The notes below the pieces were generated by a model. It saw only the letters and a program-made list of their open reading frames with translations, did no database searches and had not been told where the DNA came from. Shown one piece after another: positions 30,758 to 41,096 of a stretch of 64,000 nucleotides of DNA. This DNA comes from Candidatus Helarchaeota archaeon (GTDB lineage: Archaea; Asgardarchaeota; Lokiarchaeia; Helarchaeales; RDOG01). The position numbers and the translations under genes were made by a program. Positions within the stretch are counted from its first letter, which is position 1; the number at the start of each line of letters is the position of its first letter. The stretch is from NCBI GenBank assembly GCA_019058315.1, contig JAHPZH010000007.1, positions 190,989 through 254,988 of the forward strand, written 5' to 3'.

Positions 30758-31657
30758 TTGATCTTAAATATTTTTATGAAATTAATTGAACAAAAATCAA
30801 TTGACATACCCACAGAGAATATCGACTTAAAAATTCCTTCTGATACCATAGGAATAGATATGGGGCAAACACTTACAAAAATCGCATATATAAAAGAGAA
30901 TCAACTTAATCTGATTTTAATATCGACTCCATCCGATGATACCACAATAAAAGATTGGTTAAAATCTAAAATAGGAATTTTTAAAAAATATAATTTTACA
31001 GGTGGTAGGGCATTCAATATTTATAAGGATTTTTCGCAGAATTTTGAAGCAAATTTAATAAAAGAATTTGAAATAAATGGAAAAGGCATTGAAATTTTAT
31101 TTTTATTAAATAAAAAACAATCATTATCACGTTCTCTTATTATATCAATAGGAACAGGGACATCAATCACATTAAAAAAAGAAAATAATGTAAAGCATTT
31201 AGGAGGTTCTGCTTTAGGAGGAGGGCTCTTTATGGGTTTAATTAAGTTTTTTTATAATATAGATGATTATCAAGAAGCTATAAAACTCTCAAAATTTGGT
31301 AATAGATATAATGTTGATTTAAAAGTTTCTGATATTTACGATCCAGAAGATAATAGAGTTGATTATATTTTTAGAGAATTTACTGCTGCATCTTTAGCGA
31401 AATTAGAAAAAAAATCAGCTTTAAAGGAGGATGTCATTAATTCAATAATATGCTTAATAGGGGAAAATCTTGGAATAATCACAAATTTAATAGCTGATAA
31501 TAATAATATCAAAAATCTTGTTTTTAGTGGGGGTTTTCTTAAAAATAATAAAGTATTAAGAAATATTTTACTAACCCTTTGTCAATTTAATAAAAAAAAG
31601 GCGATTTTTTTAAAAAATTCGGAATTTTGTGGTGCAATTGGAGCTTTATTCAACTAA
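30758..31657 (+). CDS. coaW: Type II pantothenate kinase (fumble/CoaW family)
   Basis: GIDMGQTLTK, TGGRA, EFE, SIGTGTSI, GGSALGGG, DL.V.DIY, GAIGA; ATG at 30776 is a likely start. Confidence 0.85.
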   Translation: MILNIFMKLIEQKSIDIPTENIDLKIPSDTIGIDMGQTLTKIAYIKENQLNLILISTPSDDTTIKDWLKSKIGIFKKYNFTGGRAFNIYKDFSQNFEANLIKEFEINGKGIEILFLLNKKQSLSRSLIISIGTGTSITLKKENNVKHLGGSALGGGLFMGLIKFFYNIDDYQEAIKLSKFGNRYNVDLKVSDIYDPEDNRVDYIFREFTAASLAKLEKKSALKEDVINSIICLIGENLGIITNLIADNNNIKNLVFSGGFLKNNKVLRNILLTLCQFNKKKAIFLKNSEFCGAIGALFN

Positions 31658-31810
31658 TATTTCAGCGTAATATATTCCTTGTAAAATTAGAATTCAAGAT
31701 TTTCTTAATTATTCATAAAGAGTTATAAAGCTTTAAATTAGACCTAATTTTTAATATCTAATACCTTTTTTTTCTTATAATATATTGACAAGAGTTTGGG
31801 ATGATAATGA

Positions 31811-33517
31811 ATGGAAGTCTCTGACTCCCTAAAAGATGTAAAAATTAGAAAAACCAAGCTTATTAAAAAATTAACAAGGGAAGAACGTCGAAAAATTCGG
31901 GAAAAAAAAAGAGCTGAAGAAGGATTTTCCATAAAAATGAATAGATATCTTTGGTTTGTTCTTTTTTTCTCTAGTATTGTGTCTTTTTTCGATGGTTGGG
32001 GTACAGTAGCAATCATGTTAGCGATATCAGGAGGGGGTCAAGCCGATATTTTGCGTTTTATTCAACAAGTCGGAAATCCAGATTTATTCACATATTTTGG
32101 TATCTCAAACAACCCAATTCTTTTAGGGATAATATTAAGTATTGCAGGAACTGGAGTTGTTGCAGCAGTTTCTTTCAAGTATTTAGTTGATAAATTTGGT
32201 CGTCGCCCTCTAACTCTTGTTACTTCTATGGGATTTATAATGTTCGCAATTTTAACTGCTTTTTCTCCTCCTGGTCCTGAAGGATTGATTATTTTTCTAA
32301 TTTTCCGAATTTTTGCAAATTATTTTCTCTCAGCAGACATAGTTGTAATAATAATGGCGGAGGAAGCTCCAGATCATTTAAGAGGAAATCTAATTGGCAT
32401 CATATTAGCATTTAGTGCATTTGGAGGAGTAGCCTGTGGAGTTATTCAAATGTTGAGTATTCGAGTTCCAATCGCTGGTCCTTGGGGATCGTTTATGACA
32501 GTTTGGCAGAGTTTATACTTCTTAAACATTTTAGGATTAATATTTATTATTCCTTTATTTTTCTTCCTTAAGGAAACAAAGCGATTTAAAGCAATGAAAA
32601 AGTATGAACAATGGCGAAAGAAAAAAGGTTTAAAATCAAAAACTGGATGGGCAGTTCCTTTGCAAAAACAATATGCTCGTCCAATGGTATTAGGTTGTGT
32701 TGCTGGATTTTTAATGAATTTAATTTATTTTGGTCAAGTAACATTTTTTGGATTATATTTCGCTAAGGAATTGAAAATGTCTCCACAAACAATTGGTTTA
32801 GCAACGCTTCCAATTATGGGGGCAGCAACTATTGCAGCGCTTATTACCGGTCCCATATTAGACCGATGGGGCAGAATACGCTCAATAGAAGCCGGATGCT
32901 ATATTTTAATAGTCGGGATTGCCTTATATTCATTTCCCACTATATTTGTCTCTGGTGACATGCCGAATCCCCTTCTACAACTTATTGTTGTTATTGGCGG
33001 CGTGCTAGGTGCGATTTCTGTTGTCGTAGCAATGGGTGGAGTAGTCTTAATGCCTTTAGAAATGCTTCCGACTCACATTAGAAGCACTGCCATGGGCTGG
33101 ATTTCTGCCATGAATAGGGCCTCAGTAATAATTGCTCCATTTTTAATAATGTATGGAGCTGAAGAATTAGGTGGTCTAGGCCTTTCTTATCAGTATATAT
33201 TTATTTTAATGTTAATAGCTGCTTTAACAGCAATGTATACAATTTACATGTTGGCACCAGAGGGTAAAGGTAGAACTTTAGAAGAAATAGTTGCAACTGA
33301 AGTTTACACTAAATTAGAAAGAGAAAGAGACGAGAAATATAAACAAAAATATTATATATTTCTAATTGGTTTATTATCATTTATAGGAATGGGATTTATA
33401 TACGGACAGACGACCGATGCACCTTCCATAAATGTAATAATAATGCTGGGATTTTATAGTTTAATGTCGCTCATTTGTTTTGCATTAATATACTATGTAC
33501 GAGAAAAAATCATGTAA
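31811..33517 (+). CDS. MFS transporter
   Basis: DKFGRR and DRWGR motif A; EEAP..LRG; EMLPTHIRS; PEGKGRTLEE. Confidence 0.9.
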   Translation: MEVSDSLKDVKIRKTKLIKKLTREERRKIREKKRAEEGFSIKMNRYLWFVLFFSSIVSFFDGWGTVAIMLAISGGGQADILRFIQQVGNPDLFTYFGISNNPILLGIILSIAGTGVVAAVSFKYLVDKFGRRPLTLVTSMGFIMFAILTAFSPPGPEGLIIFLIFRIFANYFLSADIVVIIMAEEAPDHLRGNLIGIILAFSAFGGVACGVIQMLSIRVPIAGPWGSFMTVWQSLYFLNILGLIFIIPLFFFLKETKRFKAMKKYEQWRKKKGLKSKTGWAVPLQKQYARPMVLGCVAGFLMNLIYFGQVTFFGLYFAKELKMSPQTIGLATLPIMGAATIAALITGPILDRWGRIRSIEAGCYILIVGIALYSFPTIFVSGDMPNPLLQLIVVIGGVLGAISVVVAMGGVVLMPLEMLPTHIRSTAMGWISAMNRASVIIAPFLIMYGAEELGGLGLSYQYIFILMLIAALTAMYTIYMLAPEGKGRTLEEIVATEVYTKLERERDEKYKQKYYIFLIGLLSFIGMGFIYGQTTDAPSINVIIMLGFYSLMSLICFALIYYVREKIM

Positions 33518-33567
33518 GCGATAGAAAAGACCATCCATACTTTTTTAAGTAAACCATTTTACCTAAA

Positions 33568-34683
33568 TCATAAATCGGTTGAAGGATAATATATTATTTC
33601 TTTCCCAGAGTCATCAATTTTTTTAATATATTCTTTACCATCCTCATCTAAAAATAACTTGCCGGATTTTATCAGTAATTTGTACAGCTCTGCTCTCTTC
33701 TTTGGCTCTGCTATACAAATCGCATTACAAAAGCCACATCTTGGATTTGTATCTTCTAATGGTCGTAATCCTACATTTTCCTTTACTCCAACTTTAGCAA
33801 AGGAATTTAATATTTTTCTATTAAATTTCTTTATTAATTTTGGAGTTTCTTTAGAAGTAAAAAGTTTAGCCATAAATTTTTTTATATAATCTGCATCACT
33901 TATTGTTTCTTCAGGAATTTTCCTCAATGTTATATGTCCAGGAGTCCATGTAGACCAAGATTCATCTTCTGATAATCCCGTCCATCCGGCACAACCAATT
34001 GCACACCTTATAAAATTATTTTTTTTCGCAATGATTTCTTCAGAACCACCAATAATTACTGGTTCTTGTGATTCATCCAAAGAAAAAAGTCCAGTTGTAC
34101 AAGCTCTTACACATATTTTACATTTATTACAATTATTCTCACCAGCCATCGGGTCTGGTTCAAAGGGTGCTGTAGTTAAAGCTCCAGCTAAATATAAGGA
34201 ACCACCATATTCTTTTGTAACTAAATTTCCAGACCAACCAAGATGTCCTAAACCTGCAGCAACTGCCCCATATCGTAATGAAAAATCGGGATATGTTTGG
34301 CTACCCATAAAAAGGTTCGAAAAGCTCCCAACTCTCCTGTATTTACCATTAGGAATGACCGGATGAGCTTTGAATTTTGAATTTTCTTCTATAAAATCTG
34401 CAATCTTTTGTGCTGTTTTCCAACCCGTTGAATAAGCAAAAAATTGGTGTTTCTTAAAACTCATTCTCTCTTTTTTAGAAAAGTAATTTACCAAAGTTTC
34501 ATATTCATTGGGATATGCCCAAATGATACAACTTTGTGCTCCTTCCAAACAATAATCCATATTAGCAGATGGAGGACCCGTTGATAACCTTTCACGACTC
34601 CCAATTCCTACTAATTTGGCACCAGAATCTAACGCGATTTTTTTAATTTCTTGTTTTAATTCTTTTAAATCCAAACAAATCAA
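33568..34683 (-). CDS. QueG/reductive dehalogenase-like cobalamin Fe-S reductase, paralog A
   Basis: GAKLVGI, SLRYGAVAAGLG..GWSG, CNKCKICVRAC, CGFCNAIC. Confidence 0.8.
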   Translation of the reverse strand: MICLDLKELKQEIKKIALDSGAKLVGIGSRERLSTGPPSANMDYCLEGAQSCIIWAYPNEYETLVNYFSKKERMSFKKHQFFAYSTGWKTAQKIADFIEENSKFKAHPVIPNGKYRRVGSFSNLFMGSQTYPDFSLRYGAVAAGLGHLGWSGNLVTKEYGGSLYLAGALTTAPFEPDPMAGENNCNKCKICVRACTTGLFSLDESQEPVIIGGSEEIIAKKNNFIRCAIGCAGWTGLSEDESWSTWTPGHITLRKIPEETISDADYIKKFMAKLFTSKETPKLIKKFNRKILNSFAKVGVKENVGLRPLEDTNPRCGFCNAICIAEPKKRAELYKLLIKSGKLFLDEDGKEYIKKIDDSGKEIIYYPSTDL

Positions 34684-34780
34684 ACTCCAGTTTGATGGAT
34701 ATATTTTTCACCAAAAGTTCAATAAAATAATTGATAAAAAAATTAACCATTATCTCTTTATAAAATATCATTTGATTAAA

Positions 34781-35854
34781 ATGACTAAACAAAAATTATC
34801 AACACTTAATGGTGAAATTGAAGAGTTCTTACGTAAAAAAGGTGCGATAAGAGTAGGCTTCGCTACACTTGAAACTTTAGCTGGTGGTCCACCAAGTACT
34901 GATCTTAAATACGTACTTCCCAAAGCAAAATCAGCAATAAGTTATGCACTACTATTCGATCGTAAAAAAATACGTGATTATCTAAGTAAAAAAAGTTTTA
35001 TTGACCATGAGAGAGATAGATTGGCTCTTAATATTAAATCTGTTGAAATTTCGAGAGCACTCGCAAAAATGCTTAGGAAAAAAGGTTTTAAATCAACTGC
35101 TGTTCTATCAAACAATGAATATAGGAAGGAAATACCAGGTTGGCAATTAAAAATGCCTCCAGATCTCTCACATCGTTATATTGCGGTGCGCTCTGGAGTT
35201 GGATCATTCGGCTGGTCTGGTAATGTAGGTATAAAAGGTATTGGTACTACGATCCTTCTTGGAACAGTAGTTACTGAAGCAGAGCTTGAACCCACTGATC
35301 CCCTTCCACCTGAAGAGTCTTTCTGCACTAAGTGTAAGTTGTGTATTAAAGCTTGTACTGCAAGTTTATTTGACAAGGAGAAAGAAACTACTGTTACTAT
35401 GGGCGGTGAAAAATTTTCTTATAGCGAGCGTAAGAATTACGTGCGCTGTCAATATGTGTGTGGAGGATTTACTGGACTGAATAAAAAAGGAGATAAACAA
35501 TGGTCAACTTGGTCTCCTGGTCGTTTTGATGTGCCAGAAGAAGATAGAAAAATTATGAACATAATGTTTCATGCGATGAATAAATATAAAAAATGGCCAG
35601 AGAGGACTGATGGAACTGGTGGTTATGTAAGTGAAGCTGCGCCAGGATTGAGTATTAGACTTACTTGTGGTATTTGCCAGAATATTTGCTGGGGTAACCC
35701 AGAAGATACACGTAAAAATTATCAATTGTTAATAAATTCTGGATGCGTTCTTCAAAAACCAAACGGAGATATTATAGTACTTCCACCAGATGAGGCACAA
35801 AAGGTATTTGATAGTTTTCCTCCAGAACATCGAAAATTATATTGTAAAAAATAA
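34781..35854 (+). CDS. QueG/reductive dehalogenase-like cobalamin Fe-S reductase, paralog B
   Basis: GAIRVGF, SHRYIAVRSGVGSFGWSG, CTKCKLCIKAC, CGICQNIC; start reassigned to ATG 34781. Confidence 0.8.
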   Translation: MTKQKLSTLNGEIEEFLRKKGAIRVGFATLETLAGGPPSTDLKYVLPKAKSAISYALLFDRKKIRDYLSKKSFIDHERDRLALNIKSVEISRALAKMLRKKGFKSTAVLSNNEYRKEIPGWQLKMPPDLSHRYIAVRSGVGSFGWSGNVGIKGIGTTILLGTVVTEAELEPTDPLPPEESFCTKCKLCIKACTASLFDKEKETTVTMGGEKFSYSERKNYVRCQYVCGGFTGLNKKGDKQWSTWSPGRFDVPEEDRKIMNIMFHAMNKYKKWPERTDGTGGYVSEAAPGLSIRLTCGICQNICWGNPEDTRKNYQLLINSGCVLQKPNGDIIVLPPDEAQKVFDSFPPEHRKLYCKK

Positions 35855-35900
35855 TTTTTTAATTAATATAAAAAAAAATTCTGATAATCAAGATGATAAG

Positions 35901-36755
35901 ATGTCTGAATTAGAAAAATATCAACAAGAAGGTAAGGATTTATACAACAAATTACGTCTTTTAACTTCCCCAGTAGCAATTAAATTCATAAGAGATTTCT
36001 CTGAAATTCCAGATAATGCCCATCGTCCCTCTAAAATGGGAGAAAAGATTAGTTTATGCCAATCTTTTACACTCGCAAGACGGTGGGGGCTTAATGTTGC
36101 AATGACTTTTGAAGATAATATCTGCATTACTTCTAGCTTGGTCCATCAATGGGAGAAAGTCCCTGTTGAAGATATTTTCATTTCACAAGTTAAATCAGGA
36201 TATCATAAGGATTCAGATGCTGAATTAAAAATTCAAATGGGATATCGAGATTTTCTTAATGAAGAATCGTTTAATATGATAAAAGATCACAAAGGTTTTA
36301 TTGCGTCACCACTTATAAAAACAGTTGTGATTCCAGATGTTATTCTGCTGTATGGTGACCCTGCACAAATGCTCCATATTATTCATTCATTGAGTTATGA
36401 AGGAAAATATATTGTAGAATCAAAATTCATTGGTTATGGAGAATCCTGTATTAAAGGTGTTTTACTCCCTTATGTATCCAAAAAACCTCAATTAGTGCTT
36501 CCAGGGACGGGAGACAGATTATTATCAGTAACAAAAGAGGAAGAGATGGCTATTGGATTTCCTGCATCATTATTATTTTACATATCTGAAAATTTATTTA
36601 AATCAGCAGGAGCTTTAAACCCAGGTCATCCATCTAGATTTATTCTAGGAACACCACCAGTTGGTCCTGCAGCTTGGAGTTATCTTAGAAGAAAATTAAA
36701 GAAATATAAAAGAAAAAAAGAAAAGAAGATAAAAATGGTTAGTAAAAGTGAGTAA
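35901..36755 (+). CDS. DUF169 family protein
   Basis: L.L..SPVAIKF, CQ....ARR.G, PDVILLYG.PAQM, C, PGTGDR; start reassigned to ATG 35901. Confidence 0.8.
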   Translation: MSELEKYQQEGKDLYNKLRLLTSPVAIKFIRDFSEIPDNAHRPSKMGEKISLCQSFTLARRWGLNVAMTFEDNICITSSLVHQWEKVPVEDIFISQVKSGYHKDSDAELKIQMGYRDFLNEESFNMIKDHKGFIASPLIKTVVIPDVILLYGDPAQMLHIIHSLSYEGKYIVESKFIGYGESCIKGVLLPYVSKKPQLVLPGTGDRLLSVTKEEEMAIGFPASLLFYISENLFKSAGALNPGHPSRFILGTPPVGPAAWSYLRRKLKKYKRKKEKKIKMVSKSE

Positions 36756-37848
36756 TATGATTAAAAATAGAGAAGCATTAGAGAGAATTGCTAAAAAGCT
36801 AAGTAAAGTTCAACAAGGTGTTGCAAAAGATGGAAAAGGAAATATAACTGATACCTATCTCAAATATTTAAGCTTGTTATATGGTCCAGAAGAGGCAGAA
36901 ATTGTTCAACATCTCGAAATAATGCCTAATGCAATCCGAATTTCAAAGTTAGCTAAACAACTAGGAAAAGAAAAAAAAGAGCTAAAAGAAATTTTAGATA
37001 AGCTGGCAAATAAAGGATTTATTATGAAGATGGGAACCAGCTATGCTCTACCAAACCCATTAATGATTTATGATGCACCCTTTATATTAAAAACTAATTA
37101 TGAAGATGATAAAGAAAAAACAGCAGAACTAGCTAGACTGAGCAGAAAATTTTTTGAGAAGGAGCAATATTATAGGAGCTGGGAAACAAGTATACATGGT
37201 ACCCCAAGGTCGAGAATTTTAACGGTTAGCGAAAAGATTGAATCAGAAAAAGATATTGTTCCTATTGAAGAAGTATATAATATAATAGATCAAAACAGCT
37301 CATTTGCCTTAATTCCTTGTCCATGTCGTATAAGATCAGAAGCTGAAGGTATTAGAAAATGCAAGGATAAATATCCCATACATAATTGTCTATTATTAGG
37401 CGCAATGGCAGAAGGCGTTCTTCAAATGGGTGATCCTGTAGTTAGAAGAATTGATAAAGAAGAAGCTAAAAAAATCACAGCGGAAGCTGCTAAGCTTGGT
37501 TTAGTTCATACTACTGATAATTATGCTAAAAATAGCAATATATTATGTGCTTGTTGTGAATGTTGCTGCGGTTTATTAGCAGGTTTGACTAGAACGGGAC
37601 TTGAAAATCCTAGAGCAATCGCAAAAGCTAATTATATTGCTAATGTCGATTCTGAGATATGTACCGCTTGCCAAACATGCTTGGACCGTTGTAAATTTGG
37701 CGCAATTGAAGTAAATGAATATGCAATTATCAACGAAAATAAATGTATGGGTTGCGGTCTATGCGCTGTGACTTGTCCTAACGATGCAATATCACTGAAA
37801 AGAGTAGAAAGAGAAGAAATTCCGGGTGTTCAAGCTTCACTTATTTAA
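36748..37848 (+). CDS. HTH-containing 4Fe-4S dicluster protein (paralog of 12818..13951)
   Basis: PCPCR, LCACCECCCG, CTACQTCLDRC, CMGCGLCAVTCP. Confidence 0.85.
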   Translation: MSNMIKNREALERIAKKLSKVQQGVAKDGKGNITDTYLKYLSLLYGPEEAEIVQHLEIMPNAIRISKLAKQLGKEKKELKEILDKLANKGFIMKMGTSYALPNPLMIYDAPFILKTNYEDDKEKTAELARLSRKFFEKEQYYRSWETSIHGTPRSRILTVSEKIESEKDIVPIEEVYNIIDQNSSFALIPCPCRIRSEAEGIRKCKDKYPIHNCLLLGAMAEGVLQMGDPVVRRIDKEEAKKITAEAAKLGLVHTTDNYAKNSNILCACCECCCGLLAGLTRTGLENPRAIAKANYIANVDSEICTACQTCLDRCKFGAIEVNEYAIINENKCMGCGLCAVTCPNDAISLKRVEREEIPGVQASLI

Positions 37849-38037
37849 TTTATAATTATATATTAAAATTAAAATAGTGGCTCCTAAACATCGTAAATTG
37901 TATTTCCAAAAATCAAGGAAATTACGCATGAAATCCATAGCTTAATTTTTTCTTAATTTCACATTAATTTAGATAATACTTTTTTATACGAATTTTTTAC
38001 ATATATTTTTGTATTAAGATCAAAGTATTAAATCAAT

Positions 38038-38484
38038 TTGTGGAATTTTATAATGATTCTTTGTCAATTTAATGGCGGTTGTATGGGCTGCTGTGGATAT
38101 CGTATTAAAAATGTTGAATTAGCTGAAAAGGCAATTTATGAGAATACTTTAGAATTCAAAAAATATAAAAATTTGGAAGTATTTAGGGATAGAAATTTTA
38201 AAAGCGCTTTACGTTATGGCGTTTGTCTAAATGTGGTAAGGATTAATGGCAATATTTTTTGCCCCTTGCATCCTAAACGAAATAATGGTATAGATTTTCG
38301 TAAGGGATATTGTCTTGTTAACCATTTCTGTAAAACTGCTAAAAAGTTTAGTAAATGGAATGAAAAAAAGCAGAATAAATTTCTGAATTTTATTAAGAGT
38401 AAAAATTTAGATGCAATTGAATATAGCCTTATGATTGATAGGGGGATTTTACTGAAAGAATTCCAAAAAACTATTAATGGCTAA
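38038..38484 (+). CDS. Cys-rich putative Zn/Fe-binding protein
   Basis: LCQ...CMGCCG, VC, CPLHP, C....C. Confidence 0.6.
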   Translation: MWNFIMILCQFNGGCMGCCGYRIKNVELAEKAIYENTLEFKKYKNLEVFRDRNFKSALRYGVCLNVVRINGNIFCPLHPKRNNGIDFRKGYCLVNHFCKTAKKFSKWNEKKQNKFLNFIKSKNLDAIEYSLMIDRGILLKEFQKTING

Positions 38485-39235
38485 TTAATTTCATAATTTC
38501 GTCCCAAGTACCAATAATCTGCTGAACTTGTGGATCGTTTAATGCATCTATAGGATCGCCTTTGAAAGATACTTTTCCATTATCTAAAATTAATACATAA
38601 TCTGCCCAATTTTCGATGAAAAAGTGATTATGTGTTGTAAAAAGAATAGTTATTTCATTTTCAGAAATTAATCTATTTAAAATCAAAATCAATTCTTTTA
38701 TTGTAGGAATGTCTAAATTAGCAAATGGTTCATCTAAAAATAATATCTCAGGCTTCATAGCTAAGACTCCCGCTAAAGCTGCTCTTTTCATTTGTCCCCA
38801 ACTCAAATTATTAGGTGAGGCATCTCGAAACTCTAACATATTAACCGAATTTAATGCCCATTCTACCCTTTCTTCTACTTCCTCTTTGGATAATTTTATA
38901 TTTCTTGGACCAAATGCTACATCTTCCCACAGTGTAGGAGCAAATAATTGATCATCAGGATTTTGAAATAAAAAACCTATTTTTTTTCTAACTTGCCAAG
39001 CAGTCTTTCTATTTACTTCAATATTACTGATTTTTATAGATCCTGATTTTGGTTTGATTAAATTAACCATTAACCTGAAAATAGTAGTCTTACCTGAGCC
39101 ATTCGGTCCTGAAATAGCAAATTTTTGGCCCTTCTTAACATTAAATGAAATATCTTGTATTTCAAAAGCTCTCGATTTATTTTTTATCTTGTAATTCAAA
39201 TCTTTAACTTCAATTATAATATCTGATTCACTCAT
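38474..39235 (-). CDS. cbiO: ECF transporter ATPase (CbiO/NikO)
   Basis: GPNGSGKTT, FQNPDDQLF, DVAFGP, LSWGQ, LDEP. Confidence 0.9.
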   Translation of the reverse strand: MSESDIIIEVKDLNYKIKNKSRAFEIQDISFNVKKGQKFAISGPNGSGKTTIFRLMVNLIKPKSGSIKISNIEVNRKTAWQVRKKIGFLFQNPDDQLFAPTLWEDVAFGPRNIKLSKEEVEERVEWALNSVNMLEFRDASPNNLSWGQMKRAALAGVLAMKPEILFLDEPFANLDIPTIKELILILNRLISENEITILFTTHNHFFIENWADYVLILDNGKVSFKGDPIDALNDPQVQQIIGTWDEIMKLISH

Positions 39236-39241
39236 TTTTAA

Positions 39242-40042
39242 TCACACATAATATTGGCTAAACTCTACATACATAAATAAATAAAGCATGAATAAAATTA
39301 TCAAACCTAAAAAAATAAAATCATAAAATTTTACTGGCTTTCTAGTTATTGTAATTTTTCCTGAAAAACCTCTCAATCTCATACTCTCGTACAATTTGCC
39401 GCTCTTTTCAAATGTTTTAACTAATCTAGATCCTATTATATATCCTGCTAACTGAATCCGACTTCGTGTTGATTTAACAATGTCCAGACCTCGTAATTTT
39501 TGTGCTTCTGCTAATTTCTTATTTCTTAATAAAAATTCAGGTATATATCGAACCATTATAACTAGTGAAGAAGCTATACTTTTCGGCAAAATTCGAAGAG
39601 TTACGAATTCAGTAAAGGATAAACTAGAAAGATAAATCATGAACACAAAAAAAATAGTAACCATCCTTAAAAAAACCAAATAAGCATATTCTAATCTGTC
39701 TGAATAAACATAAAGTGTTGTAAAACCCAAATTCCATTGATATTTAATCTTAAACCAGATAAATGGATCAAATTCATCAGTATTTCTAAAAAATGGAATG
39801 AAAATTATGAAAAATATGAAAACTGGTAATACCAATATAAGACGTTTAAAAATTCTCTTTAAATTAGACCAAGTCACTAATGCTAAAAATAAATGAAAAC
39901 CTAATATTATATAAAATACATAATGTTTAGTCATAAATGCTAAACTAACCGCTATTATTAATGAAGTTATAAATCTAACTTCGGAGTTAATTTTTGCTAA
40001 ATAATTTTTTTCTCCAATAAGACGAAAGGGAATAAAACTCAT
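39242..40042 (-). CDS. cbiQ: ECF transporter T component (CbiQ/NikQ)
   Basis: RYIP, AQKLRG and SMRLRGF motifs; TM helices. Confidence 0.88.
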   Translation of the reverse strand: MSFIPFRLIGEKNYLAKINSEVRFITSLIIAVSLAFMTKHYVFYIILGFHLFLALVTWSNLKRIFKRLILVLPVFIFFIIFIPFFRNTDEFDPFIWFKIKYQWNLGFTTLYVYSDRLEYAYLVFLRMVTIFFVFMIYLSSLSFTEFVTLRILPKSIASSLVIMVRYIPEFLLRNKKLAEAQKLRGLDIVKSTRSRIQLAGYIIGSRLVKTFEKSGKLYESMRLRGFSGKITITRKPVKFYDFIFLGLIILFMLYLFMYVEFSQYYV

Positions 40043-40182
40043 GTATTATTGAATCCTTTTTTTTGGATAATACTATAAATCAATTGGATAATATCCTATT
40101 TGTATTTAAAATATTCATTGAGAAATTAAAAAAAGGCTTAAAATAGTAAAGTATGAACCCGCTAAGCGCAAATCGGGAAATT

Positions 40183-40998
40183 TTAACTTTCTAAGGGGAA
40201 CGAATAATAAAGAATCGCCGACATAATTGCGGAAGCTAGAGCAGATAGACCAAAAAACAAAAATACATTAATTTTTATAATATCTATCAAATTAACAACA
40301 ATAAAATTCGCAGTTCCAGTTACACTATTAGCTATACATGGCCAATAAACACTATTGGATTTTTCTCTAAACCAACTATAAAGAAATCTTGTTGGGATTA
40401 AATAGATTAAAAAAATTATGAGCAAAATAATGGTTTTTTCAAAATTTAAAGCTATATTTGAAAACCATAAGAAATATGGAATATACCAAATAAACCAAGA
40501 TAGAGTTATCATTAAATTTTTATAAATAAAATTTTCTTCAGGAATGAACTTATAATACAGACCTGACCAAGCCAATTCTTCATAAAACGCCAAAACAAGC
40601 ATATAGAAAAACATCGGGAGTGCAAGAAATAGAATTGTACCAATATTATTGATAAATGGTAGGTTTAATATGAAAAAATCTACATAAATGTTAATTACTA
40701 ACATAATTAGAAAATAAATCGTTAACATTCCCAATATAAGAGAATTTGGAGCTTTTTTTAAATCTGATAAATTTATAATCCCAATCTCCCTCCCTGATAA
40801 ATTATTTATGAGCGTAAAGATTAAAGTTATTATAAAAGGTCCTAAAAATAAAATTATTGATATATCAAACAAAATAAAATTCTTCAAATAATTAACCCAA
40901 ATAAAACCAAAAATCCATGACCATGCCCAAATAAGTGCTATATAGATATATATTACTTTATTTGAGATTTGATGTTCAATAGCATGATCTGTATTCAA
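40183..40998 (-). CDS. CPBP-family membrane protein with degenerate catalytic motifs
   Basis: EELAWSG present; the two later His motifs are replaced (WYIPY; ANSVTG). Confidence 0.65.
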   Translation of the reverse strand: MNTDHAIEHQISNKVIYIYIALIWAWSWIFGFIWVNYLKNFILFDISIILFLGPFIITLIFTLINNLSGREIGIINLSDLKKAPNSLILGMLTIYFLIMLVINIYVDFFILNLPFINNIGTILFLALPMFFYMLVLAFYEELAWSGLYYKFIPEENFIYKNLMITLSWFIWYIPYFLWFSNIALNFEKTIILLIIFLIYLIPTRFLYSWFREKSNSVYWPCIANSVTGTANFIVVNLIDIIKINVFLFFGLSALASAIMSAILYYSFPLES

Positions 40999-41096
40999 TT
41001 TTTCACCTTCAGCTTAATAAAAAAAATCTAAAAAAACTATTAATGATTTTCTTAAAAAAAAAGAAATGAAGGAATTGACTCTCCTTTTTTGACTTT

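Noticed and set aside
34616-34780. N-terminal extension of QueG-like paralog B (also 35790-35900 for DUF169 and 47555-47605 for 7TM copy 1)
   Set aside because: These overlap neighbouring genes or promoters; downstream ATGs fit paralog or family N-termini
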